Origin: a virus
Virus record (IMG/VR): IMGVR_UViG_3300022602_000067
Span: 17,013-81,012 of that record
Direction: 5' to 3' (one strand)
Length of the DNA: 64,000 nucleotides
In this document: in pieces, positions 50,006 to 59,325 of the stretch
Layout of the letters: each line of letters opens with the position of its first letter
Numbering within the stretch: position 1 is the first letter of the stretch
Translations under genes and position numbers: made by a program
The notes under the pieces: model-generated
The model's database searches: none
What the model saw: only the letters and a program-made list of their open reading frames with translations
What the model was told of the DNA's origin: nothing

Positions 50006-53000
50006 TTAATCAGTTATTGGAGGTGTCATAGTTTCTATGTTTGTACTGGTCCACGATATTTGATATATACCTGCTAGATTAGAACGAACTGTACCGTCTC
50101 CACCGTTGCCTGCAACCATCACACGACCATCGTTGTTTTGCCACATCAACCATTGATAGCCTGCTGAACTATAGCTAAAGCCCATGCAGTTGGCCATATT
50201 TCCTTGCATGCCTGGAGAAGTACGAACTGGTTGCCATACATAACTGTTGATCAATTCGATACCGTTACTTTCACTAGCAAATGTACCACTTATCGCCGGC
50301 ACCATGAATGCTGTTGATTGTGCTCCTGTATAGGCCGCTGTCTGGCTATTAGGGCCTGCTTGGTTACTATAACCAATGCTACCTGTTCCGTAATAGTTGT
50401 TACCAATACTAAAACTCATTCCGTTGTCTAAAACTATAGTAGCTACTATATAAGCGGCGTATCCGCTAAATGCTAGATGTTTTACGTTTACTAGGTTATA
50501 GATACTACCGCCTACGTTTACTTTGCTGATGGTAAATGTACTGCTGTTAGTTGTGCTAGATCCGCTATAACCTAATTGTCCATATCCATTATATCCTGCG
50601 GTCCAGCAATAACCAGTGCTAGAATCTCTCTGCATCATGCTGGCATAAATTCCGCCCGATCCATATAACCACATGTCTTTACAGGTACTACTTGCACTTG
50701 CTCCAGGGCCTCCGCCGACTACAGTCCAGTTTGCCAGGGTAGATGTTGCCGAACCAGCCCATCCCACTGTACCTTGATATCCTGCACAATAAACTAATCC
50801 TGTACTAGTCATGATGGCCGCACAAGCATAGTTACCAGATGTGTTGTCTAATGTTTGAATTTTTAATACAGATCCAACTGCACCACTACCAAATGTTGAA
50901 CCTGCAGTACCTGCTACGTTAGAAATCTGTTGTGGGCTATAAATGTTAGTACCAGTTACACCGTTACCAAGTTGTCCAGAATTATTTGAGCCCCATACAA
51001 ACAAATTACCGTCTTGAGTCACTGCATAACTCCAGCCGTTAGTTCCTGAACCACAGGCCCAAATAGCCACGACAGATTGCCCAGCTGGTAACAGTGAGGT
51101 AGCAAAACTTACTCTTGGAATCTGTTGTGGTATACTACGGTTGTTAGCTTCAGTTGAGTTTCCTGTTAGAGTGGCTAGACCTAATTGTCCGTTATTGTTG
51201 CTACCCCAAACCCAAACGTTACCGTTTTCATCTAATGCTAGTGTATGTCCGTTACTTGCACCATAACCGCAACCGCCGCTGGTACTAATACGTTTGATAC
51301 GTACACTGCCAAACACATGTCCTGCTGAGTATAATGTACCTGTTCCTGCAGGGCTTGTACCTGTTGGGCTTGTGTTGCTATAAACACTAGCTAGTGTTCC
51401 GCCAACACGTACTGGATATGCAACGTTAGAACTTGCGCCATTACCGTTTTCGCCTTGCGAGCCGCCGCCCCATGCAAATACTTCTCCTGAATTCATAAGA
51501 ACTACGTTACGATCGTAAGATTTTTCCCACTGTATTACACGTGGTAATCCGCCATCGGGTGTGGCATGCACACCACTTTGTCCTTGTATGCTAGTTGAAC
51601 GCCAATAGTCATAAAATGGAAATGTTAAACTATTCATCGCCCATGTAGTTGATCCCGAAGTGGCTTGAGCAGACTGTGGTAAACCTACTGAACCGTTGAC
51701 GTCTGAGCCCCAACTCATTGCTTGACCATTTAGCGCAACGTAACCGCCTGTAGGACTATCTGTTGTATTATGTGTACTACCGTTGTAATATTGTGAAGAG
51801 TTATCAAATGCGATACCTCTGTTTGGCAACACTAGTGATGTATTGTTTTGATTACTGTAAACACCCAAGTTATAAGAACCATACAGCGATTGAGGAGCCG
51901 ATTGTGTTCCTAAAATGCCCTTACGATTTACTGGCAACCAGTAACCAGTATCTATTGGAGTAATAACTGTACCATTACCTGCATTATTATTTGCTGTATG
52001 AGCTGTGATGCAATAGTAAGCCTGAGATACTGTACGACTTAGACTATAGTTACCTGCAATAGATGTTGGAAAAGTTGTTAGTGTTGTAGGAGTATTATAG
52101 ACTACGGTATCTCCAACAGCATAAGTTTGTCCGTTGATCCAATTAGCATTATTGTTAAACAGTTGTGTAAATTGTGTCCAGTATGCGCTACCTACAGCTG
52201 GTATACTTGGTGCAATGCTAGTCCAACTAATGCTACCAGTGGATGTTACTACCGAGTTACTAACTGTGTAAGTTCCTACACCGTTGCCTGCGGCAGCCAC
52301 TGTGATTGTTGCGGTATTAGTCATACTGGTTATTGTACCAGCACTACCGGTCTGTAAAGGAGCGGTAGTTGTATTTGCAAAACTAACAGTGCTAGTAGTG
52401 CAAGCTGTAACTACCCATTGTCCGTTGTAACCAAATGGTGTTAACCCTTGCACAACAATAGTGCTACCAATGGCATACGGCGCTAAATTTTGAAGCGCAA
52501 ATGTAAGTGTTGTTGTTGTACCTGTACCTGTAGCCGCTGTAATTACTAATGGTGCAGTTGATCCTGCGATAACTTGACCTGCTGCCAGTGATCCGTATGC
52601 AATAAAACTAGTACCCGATTGTGAGATTGTACCAGTACTTTGTGATCCAAATGTAAATGCTGTAAAAGTGATAAAGCTATTAGCAATAGCATTTGAATAA
52701 CTTGTCGATAGTGTTAGTGTAGTATTTGACAAGACACTACCAACAAAGTATGTGTTGCCAGCTGTTAATCCACCACCACTGTTACCTGAAACTACTATCT
52801 GTGCTCCTTGAAACAGGTTTTGTGTACTGCTTACTGTAACTGTTGTACCAGCCGCAGTTGAAACAATATTTACTGATTGTGTGATTGGTGTTAATGCCGA
52901 TACAACCAATTGGTTAGCTAACTGAGTTCCAGTGAACTGAGCCATAGTAGTTGGCTGTGTGCATACCCATTGTTGTTGACGATAAGTAACCACATCATTA

Positions 53001-53077
53001 GCGACGTTAGCAATGGATGGGTTATAATCCCCTCTCCAATCAAGTCTTAACTTACCTAAATTTATTGTTTGTGCCAT
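50006..53077 (-). CDS. RCC1/BLIP-II-like propeller virion protein
   Basis: VWVWGSNNNGQLG, LFVWGSNNSGQLGNG; INLGKLRLDWRG N-terminus. Confidence 0.8.
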   Translation of the reverse strand: MAQTINLGKLRLDWRGDYNPSIANVANDVVTYRQQQWVCTQPTTMAQFTGTQLANQLVVSALTPITQSVNIVSTAAGTTVTVSSTQNLFQGAQIVVSGNSGGGLTAGNTYFVGSVLSNTTLTLSTSYSNAIANSFITFTAFTFGSQSTGTISQSGTSFIAYGSLAAGQVIAGSTAPLVITAATGTGTTTTLTFALQNLAPYAIGSTIVVQGLTPFGYNGQWVVTACTTSTVSFANTTTAPLQTGSAGTITSMTNTATITVAAAGNGVGTYTVSNSVVTSTGSISWTSIAPSIPAVGSAYWTQFTQLFNNNANWINGQTYAVGDTVVYNTPTTLTTFPTSIAGNYSLSRTVSQAYYCITAHTANNNAGNGTVITPIDTGYWLPVNRKGILGTQSAPQSLYGSYNLGVYSNQNNTSLVLPNRGIAFDNSSQYYNGSTHNTTDSPTGGYVALNGQAMSWGSDVNGSVGLPQSAQATSGSTTWAMNSLTFPFYDYWRSTSIQGQSGVHATPDGGLPRVIQWEKSYDRNVVLMNSGEVFAWGGGSQGENGNGASSNVAYPVRVGGTLASVYSNTSPTGTSPAGTGTLYSAGHVFGSVRIKRISTSGGCGYGASNGHTLALDENGNVWVWGSNNNGQLGLATLTGNSTEANNRSIPQQIPRVSFATSLLPAGQSVVAIWACGSGTNGWSYAVTQDGNLFVWGSNNSGQLGNGVTGTNIYSPQQISNVAGTAGSTFGSGAVGSVLKIQTLDNTSGNYACAAIMTSTGLVYCAGYQGTVGWAGSATSTLANWTVVGGGPGASASSTCKDMWLYGSGGIYASMMQRDSSTGYCWTAGYNGYGQLGYSGSSTTNSSTFTISKVNVGGSIYNLVNVKHLAFSGYAAYIVATIVLDNGMSFSIGNNYYGTGSIGYSNQAGPNSQTAAYTGAQSTAFMVPAISGTFASESNGIELINSYVWQPVRTSPGMQGNMANCMGFSYSSAGYQWLMWQNNDGRVMVAGNGGDGTVRSNLAGIYQISWTSTNIETMTPPITD

Positions 53078-53090
53078 TCTGTTATCCTAA

Positions 53091-56000
53091 TTAATATGTG
53101 ATTTGCAAATTGCCGGTCGCGTTATTTATTAATATGTTGGTTCCACGATTTACATACATGTAGTCTGTAAATACCGACCCATCATTAATAGCTCCAGTAG
53201 TTCCAGTATCAGTCACCCAAGTTAAATAACCGTTAGCATCAACAATTAATGCTTGAAGAACTTCGCGTCCTGACAAATCAACATAGTCTTTGTTTGCAAT
53301 ACTAGTAGAACTTTGAGTAATTATCTGACTGTAGGTAAAGTTGTAGTTAGCTAAAGAATTTAATTGTATCTTGCCAGGTGTTGCTTGTGTTTGATCTGGT
53401 AATAAAATAATATCTGCACCTGTTCCTGGACTAGTAGCTATGATGTTACTTTGAACAAAGACTTTACCGGCGGTCAACACGTTAACCTGAAGATTATTGC
53501 TACCGGAACCTAGCTGACTGCTAATGTAAGTTCTGATTGCTCTCTGCGTTGGAACAATACTATCACTGTTAGCACTTAAAGTACCGTCAGTTGAAAATTG
53601 ACTTACTGTTGCACCACTGCTACCTAATTGTAAACTATTCAAACCTGCTAGATTGAAAGAACTAACGTTCAAAGTAGCTTGACCAGTTGCTTGATTAATC
53701 TTGAATAAATCACCAACACTAAAGTTACCGTCTTGGTCAGTGCTAGTATAAAACACACGGCCATTATTTTGACTTACGTGTTGATTGTTTGGAAGATAAG
53801 CACTGGTCAGCACACTTGGATATGCTGTGCTGGCAAAATTACCTGTACCGATAGCTAGATAATCATGCCCTGTTAAACGAATCTGACTAAACTTGCTATA
53901 GAATGTAACAGTTGTGCCTTGGACTAGAGGACTAGTTGTAGGAACTGCTGATCCAAAAGTAATATTAGCTTTATATGTACCTGGATTTGCACTATCAGCT
54001 ATGTAAGTATTAGTTAATACTACTAAGAACGGTGTCGAAAATCCTGGAATAGTCATGATGCTACCTGGTCTTGGACCAACTGCTTGTGACAAACCTGAGA
54101 AGTTCAAGGTATATCCAGTTTGCTGGATACTTGCATAACCTGTTGAGTCCGATACTGCTACTCCGTCTGTAATTGAAACATATCCTGTACCGCGGCTGAT
54201 ATAGTTAATGCTCTTGATAGCGCCAGTTAGTATTGATGCTGTAAATGTTGCTCCACCTCCTAAAGGATCCACAACTGTGAATGTTGGAGCAGTAGCATAT
54301 CCTTCACCGCCATTAATAATATATACTCCGTTGAATACAAATGTACTAGGATCAATCCATGCTCTTATTACAGCTTGTGTACTGTATCCTCCACCAATAG
54401 CTTGAATTTCTGGAAGAATAGTATACTGACTGCTAGCATCTAATGTAGTGATAATACTTGCACCAGTTAGTGTTTCCCAACCTTGCGCACCTGCGGTTGT
54501 TTGTACATAAACAACCTTAGTATATCCGCTTGGCGTATCTGTCAAGTAGCTATTTGCAATAATACCAGTTTGTCCTGCGCCTGTACCACTAATAATTGTG
54601 ATGCGCATACCTTGATACTGATTGATAACGCTAGCTCTGTCTGTTGCGGCTAGTGCAAAGTATGTGCCGCTACTGCTAGTTCCACCAGCACGACCTGTAC
54701 CAGTTACAAACTGATAGTTAGCTCCTGCGTTAGTCACTGTAATGTGGCTTAGAGAACTTGTACCAATATTAGCTGTAATACTTGCGTTAGTTCCTAATGA
54801 AGGAGCATTATCTAAAACTAATGTAGGACTAGTATAGTTTTGTCCTAAATACAACCAGTAAATAGCTATAATTTGTCCGTTTGCTACTATCACTTGCCCC
54901 GCAGTTGCTTGATTCTGATTGTTATTAACTGTACCAGTATAACCACTGTCGGTTGGATCTATGTCTGTTGCAACATCGCCAAATGTACCATAACTGTTGT
55001 TACCATTTGTAGCACGTAGGATACCGCCCGACTGCGCTAGATATCCAATATATGCATAATATGTGAATACAGAAACAAGTTCTGCACGGCCTCCATTCAA
55101 TGCCATTATGCCGATACCGTTGTCAATTACTTGTGTAAAATCATTAGCTACCATAGAGCAATTACCAACACGCCCTTGATCTAAACCGTTGATATACATA
55201 CCAACTGCATGATCACCGAATGTACTTACGTTTTGTACATATGGAGATTTAGTAGTAATAGTTCCTGCTGTATCTAGTGCAAAATAAGCACCGGATGCTG
55301 TTGTGCTAGGCCATGTACCTACTGTCAAACGTACAATATTGTTTGGATCCGATGCAAGATATGTGCCTGATGTAAACTGTCCTGTTAATCCACCGCAAGT
55401 AAGGTTGCGAACTATACAACCATTATTCAATAAAAACATGCGTGAGCGATTATTTGGTGTTGTTCCATCACTACTAGTACCTGCCGCTGGATAAACCATA
55501 GTTGTACGTAGTTCATCTCCTACGATACTAACGTTTTGCGGAACACTAATTGGTAAAGTTTCATAATAAGAACCAGTCTTAACATAAATTGTTGCCGGAC
55601 CGGTTACATGAAGACAAGCATAACGTATAGTAGCAAAAGGTTTGTCTAGTGTACGTCCCCATCCACTAGCATCTGTTCCTGAAGATGTTGATACATACCA
55701 AACATTAGTTACGTAACCAAATTCACCCCAACGTGGTTGTGTACTACCATCGGCCTGTGTACGTGCTTTTAATACATACCCATCTAATGTTACTAGTCCA
55801 CCGCTGGTGCTGTTAACAGCTTGTGATCCGTTGGCCATGTGCAAACCAGTAACTGTGCCATCACTATAACGATAAGCCAAGTCACCTACTTCAGTTAGTG
55901 TTGCACCAACACCGCCTTGTCCAATGATCTGCCAATAAACTGAGCTTGGAGGATAAACATTACTGCTGACTGCGACTGCAACATAAGTAGAACTTACGTT

Positions 56001-57077
56001 AAGAACTACGTCACCCGGATAGTAAATGCCTGCTACTGTTCCTGAACTGCTGACATAAGTTGCAGTAGTAGAACTGGCATAACTTACAGAACTTGAAGTA
56101 CTAGCAGTAACAACATAAGTTCCGTTATAACCAGCTGGATTTACTCCAGCAACAACAATATTTGAACCTACATAAAATGGAGAACTTGTCTGATTAGCAA
56201 ACGTTAATGTAACTGTAGTTCCTGTACCGCTTGCACCAGTTACAGTAATCTGTGGAGCGAATGCTCCTCGATGTGTAAATCCAGTAACCAATAGTGTCCA
56301 ATAAGCTGTGTTGACACCGGTTGTACCAATGTAAGGTGTTTGGTTAGTACTATCGGCGGCTGCTACATAAGTCCATCCGCCAAACTGTACAACAGATCCT
56401 ACTTTATAACTTGTGCTATTATTCCATGCACCACTATTGCTGTATCCTGTGGTAACAAGTGACCAATATCCGCTAGCTGTGCTGGGCGTTTGTCCTACAT
56501 TTATACTTATAGCACTATAAACATAACCACCATAAGTAACAACATCGCCGATTGCGTATGTTGTACTGTTGTTCCATGAATTTTGAAATTCTAAACCTTG
56601 TACAAATAATGACCAACGAGAATTTGTAAATGTAGAATCGTTATTTGCCGTTGTACAAATATAGATATCTGCACCGTATTTGACTAAATCGTTTATATAA
56701 TATTGTGTGCTAGCTGTCCATACATTACGGAATTTTACACCTGGCAGATACAATGTCCAGTTAGAAATATCAGACAACCAAGTGCTAGCACTATTATGTG
56801 AAACGGTACAATAGTACACGTTGCCATCAACTGTAACTAAATCGCCTAGGTTAAAAGCGGTGCTTGCGGCCCAACCTGTTTGCACATAGTTGGTACCACC
56901 AGCCATTTGTTGCCAATTATTTGTATCATTTGCAAATGCACTACTCGAAGTATATGCATTGACGCACATGTAACTGATACCGCCGACAATTACAACGTCA
57001 TCTTTGTAGTATGGTGTGCTAGTTTGCCATGGGCCTTTCCATACAAATTTGATTCTACCTAGTTTGAATTCTGCCAT
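53091..57077 (-). CDS. virion protein with six CBM5/12-like repeats and a beta-helix (pectin-lyase-like) region
   Basis: W-x4-Y-x3-D-x-V repeats; PFATIRYAC...IYVKTGSYYE...GDELR; RLTGHDYLAIGTG; TAAATA 57097-57102. Confidence 0.8.
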   Translation of the reverse strand: MAEFKLGRIKFVWKGPWQTSTPYYKDDVVIVGGISYMCVNAYTSSSAFANDTNNWQQMAGGTNYVQTGWAASTAFNLGDLVTVDGNVYYCTVSHNSASTWLSDISNWTLYLPGVKFRNVWTASTQYYINDLVKYGADIYICTTANNDSTFTNSRWSLFVQGLEFQNSWNNSTTYAIGDVVTYGGYVYSAISINVGQTPSTASGYWSLVTTGYSNSGAWNNSTSYKVGSVVQFGGWTYVAAADSTNQTPYIGTTGVNTAYWTLLVTGFTHRGAFAPQITVTGASGTGTTVTLTFANQTSSPFYVGSNIVVAGVNPAGYNGTYVVTASTSSSVSYASSTTATYVSSSGTVAGIYYPGDVVLNVSSTYVAVAVSSNVYPPSSVYWQIIGQGGVGATLTEVGDLAYRYSDGTVTGLHMANGSQAVNSTSGGLVTLDGYVLKARTQADGSTQPRWGEFGYVTNVWYVSTSSGTDASGWGRTLDKPFATIRYACLHVTGPATIYVKTGSYYETLPISVPQNVSIVGDELRTTMVYPAAGTSSDGTTPNNRSRMFLLNNGCIVRNLTCGGLTGQFTSGTYLASDPNNIVRLTVGTWPSTTASGAYFALDTAGTITTKSPYVQNVSTFGDHAVGMYINGLDQGRVGNCSMVANDFTQVIDNGIGIMALNGGRAELVSVFTYYAYIGYLAQSGGILRATNGNNSYGTFGDVATDIDPTDSGYTGTVNNNQNQATAGQVIVANGQIIAIYWLYLGQNYTSPTLVLDNAPSLGTNASITANIGTSSLSHITVTNAGANYQFVTGTGRAGGTSSSGTYFALAATDRASVINQYQGMRITIISGTGAGQTGIIANSYLTDTPSGYTKVVYVQTTAGAQGWETLTGASIITTLDASSQYTILPEIQAIGGGYSTQAVIRAWIDPSTFVFNGVYIINGGEGYATAPTFTVVDPLGGGATFTASILTGAIKSINYISRGTGYVSITDGVAVSDSTGYASIQQTGYTLNFSGLSQAVGPRPGSIMTIPGFSTPFLVVLTNTYIADSANPGTYKANITFGSAVPTTSPLVQGTTVTFYSKFSQIRLTGHDYLAIGTGNFASTAYPSVLTSAYLPNNQHVSQNNGRVFYTSTDQDGNFSVGDLFKINQATGQATLNVSSFNLAGLNSLQLGSSGATVSQFSTDGTLSANSDSIVPTQRAIRTYISSQLGSGSNNLQVNVLTAGKVFVQSNIIATSPGTGADIILLPDQTQATPGKIQLNSLANYNFTYSQIITQSSTSIANKDYVDLSGREVLQALIVDANGYLTWVTDTGTTGAINDGSVFTDYMYVNRGTNILINNATGNLQITY

Positions 57078-57122
57078 TTTTTATTCCTCGATGTCTTATT
57101 TATTCATACAAGATGAACTAAA

Positions 57123-57725
57123 TTAACTACCTGTTATGGTTCCCATGTTAATCGCATATAGCGTACCTTCTGTATCTGTTACAAAACTTAAATTTGTGCT
57201 TGTGACATTTTCTAAAGGATTACCTGTACTTACAATAGTTCCCAAATTATATCCGCCAGCTAGAACTTGTGCTCCTGAATTAGCTGGTGCTGTGCTGTTA
57301 GTTAATAGTATTTCTGGATTTACTGTTGTAGTAACTCCAAAACTATAGTTATAAGGCACATCAACTCTAACACTCAATACTCCGTTACCATCTATATAAT
57401 AATACAAATCATCTGGTGACCACTTGTATTGTTCATAATTTAATCCAACATAATTTGGCATACGTGTAGTGTTATCTACACCTTCAAAAAAGTCTACACC
57501 TTCTTCAAACTGATCAAATAGTTCTGCTTCTACTTGATTTTCTGTTAGTGTTCCTAAACTAAATGTACTAGAATTTTGTAATGATACCGGATCAGGATCT
57601 GAGTCTAAATTTATTTTCTCAATTTTCAAAAATCCGTCAGCAGTGCGTTGCATGCCATAAAAATAACGCGGAGTTTGATTAATAAACTCTTCTGGTGTTT
57701 GACCTAAATAAAAATTATTTGCCAT
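57123..57725 (-). CDS. hypothetical structural-cluster protein
   Basis: 200 aa with SD; YEQYKW...LYYYIDGNG. Confidence 0.7.
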   Translation of the reverse strand: MANNFYLGQTPEEFINQTPRYFYGMQRTADGFLKIEKINLDSDPDPVSLQNSSTFSLGTLTENQVEAELFDQFEEGVDFFEGVDNTTRMPNYVGLNYEQYKWSPDDLYYYIDGNGVLSVRVDVPYNYSFGVTTTVNPEILLTNSTAPANSGAQVLAGGYNLGTIVSTGNPLENVTSTNLSFVTDTEGTLYAINMGTITGS

Positions 57726-57734
57726 TTCCTATCC

Positions 57735-58100
57735 TTATACTATGCTTACATAACTTACAATAGCATCAATACTATTGTTAGCATTTGAAGTTATTAGTAT
57801 TGCTTGATTTGCACTTAAAATTAATTTTTCACTATTTGTTATCAGCTTCAAACTGCTCTGCGGAGCCATCATGATATTTTTAGCAATGTATCCTTGACTA
57901 ACTATGTTGCTGGTATTATTTGTACCATCGCCGTTAGCAGAATAAGAAAATAGTTGAGCGCTTATTTGTACCAAAGTATTGCTAGTATTGGCCAAATTCA
58001 GTCCAATTACAGTATATGTTCCTGCGTTGTTAGTGGACAAAACTGCTGTAGGAACTACTCCTATATTTTGCGTTGTGGTATTTAAGAATGTAGTTGTCAT
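57735..58100 (-). CDS. small beta-sandwich virion protein
   Basis: LANTS...EKLIL motifs; paralog of 62267..62605. Confidence 0.7.
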   Translation of the reverse strand: MTTTFLNTTTQNIGVVPTAVLSTNNAGTYTVIGLNLANTSNTLVQISAQLFSYSANGDGTNNTSNIVSQGYIAKNIMMAPQSSLKLITNSEKLILSANQAILITSNANNSIDAIVSYVSIV

Positions 58101-58103
58101 GTC

Positions 58104-59165
58104 TTATCCAAATATTAAAGCGGCTTCGATTGAGGACGCCTGTGCTTGACTATAAGTGATACCACTGTTAGCAGTACCACCTGCGCTTTGCCAAGCCAAT
58201 GTAGTAGTATTATAACTTTCTACGTACTGAGTATCAGTGTTAAAGCGAATCATGCCTGCTACTCCTGCCGGGCGCTGTGCTGTATTTCCTGTTGGGATAA
58301 CAATACCGTTGGTGCCTTGAAAACTTACATATCCGGTGTCCGTTTCTGTAAAAACAGTATTTGAATTTGATACAGTATTAGTAATTGTATTATTAAAAAT
58401 CCTAAAATTACCAAGTGTAATTCCACCCGATCCGCTAGTGGTTAAATTAATATCAATATCTGCACTGGTAGTAGCGATTGTATTTCCGCTTAGTGTTAGG
58501 TTACCTACATTAATTGTAGTAGCATTTAGCGTAGGAAGTGTTAATGCATTGGCAACATTTAGATTATTGCTGTAGATAGTGTTCCAACGTAAAGTACTGC
58601 TACCTAAATTATATGTGTTTGTTGCACTTGGAATAATATCGCTGTCCACTTCGCCGTTGAACGCGATAGTATCGCCTGCTCCAACATCTCCTAACTGGAT
58701 GTTGCCATCAGCAGTAATTGTTCCAGTAGCATGCAAATTACCATTGATCAGTGTGTTACTGTTTATAGTTACACTACCAGTGCCGCTAGGAGTAATGTTG
58801 ATGTTGGTATTTGTTCCAGTTGCGGCTATAGTGCTCCCGCTGATGGCAAAACTGCCAACATCGATAGTACCTTGGTAAACGACACCAAGTCCGCCATTGG
58901 GAACTAGATTGATTGTGTTATTTGAGCTGGCAATAGTATTGCCGGATACAGTAAATGAGGCCATCTGCGCCTGTGTGTTTACTGTTAAATTTGAAGTTCT
59001 TGTAGTTCCAACTACTTGTAGGTCATTGGTAGGCGCGGCTGTATTGATACCGATACGGCTATTTACAACATCTAAGTAAAGTAAGTTCGTCTCAAAAGCT
59101 AAATTTACTCCGTTACGAAGCAAATTATCCTTTAAGAGCGGACCCGAAATTCGACCAACAGCCAT
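58104..59165 (-). CDS. fibre-like virion protein
   Basis: GRISGPLLKDNLLRNG N-terminus; IPTGNTAQRP..GMIRFNTD; GAGGAG SD. Confidence 0.8.
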   Translation of the reverse strand: MAVGRISGPLLKDNLLRNGVNLAFETNLLYLDVVNSRIGINTAAPTNDLQVVGTTRTSNLTVNTQAQMASFTVSGNTIASSNNTINLVPNGGLGVVYQGTIDVGSFAISGSTIAATGTNTNINITPSGTGSVTINSNTLINGNLHATGTITADGNIQLGDVGAGDTIAFNGEVDSDIIPSATNTYNLGSSTLRWNTIYSNNLNVANALTLPTLNATTINVGNLTLSGNTIATTSADIDINLTTSGSGGITLGNFRIFNNTITNTVSNSNTVFTETDTGYVSFQGTNGIVIPTGNTAQRPAGVAGMIRFNTDTQYVESYNTTTLAWQSAGGTANSGITYSQAQASSIEAALIFG

Positions 59166-59305
59166 TTACGCTCCTCTTGACCCCGTGTTTCACGGTTAAC
59201 CACATTTGGAATCTAGCGTTACCTTTCATCCTCAGCCTTAAGGCTCTTAGCGGGTTTACCACTGGTTAGTATCGTAGAGCTTTTGGTCAAGCTCTACAGT
59301 AATAG
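59166..59305 (-). ncRNA. candidate structured cis-regulatory leader RNA
   Basis: Stems GTAGAGC/GCTCTAC, TAACCA/TGGTTA, AGCC/GGCT, CCGTG/CACGG and loop pairing TTGACC/GGTCAA; downstream of TAAATA 59306-59311. Confidence 0.6.
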
Positions 59306-59325
59306 TATTTAGCTGTTCTGGGTTT

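Noticed and set aside
59185-59240. Hammerhead-like CTGAGGA ... GAAA within the leader RNA
   Set aside because: No stem II closes between CUGANGA and GAAA, and stems I/III cannot be built; c-di-GMP-I-like GGTAAAC also lacks the rest of that consensus
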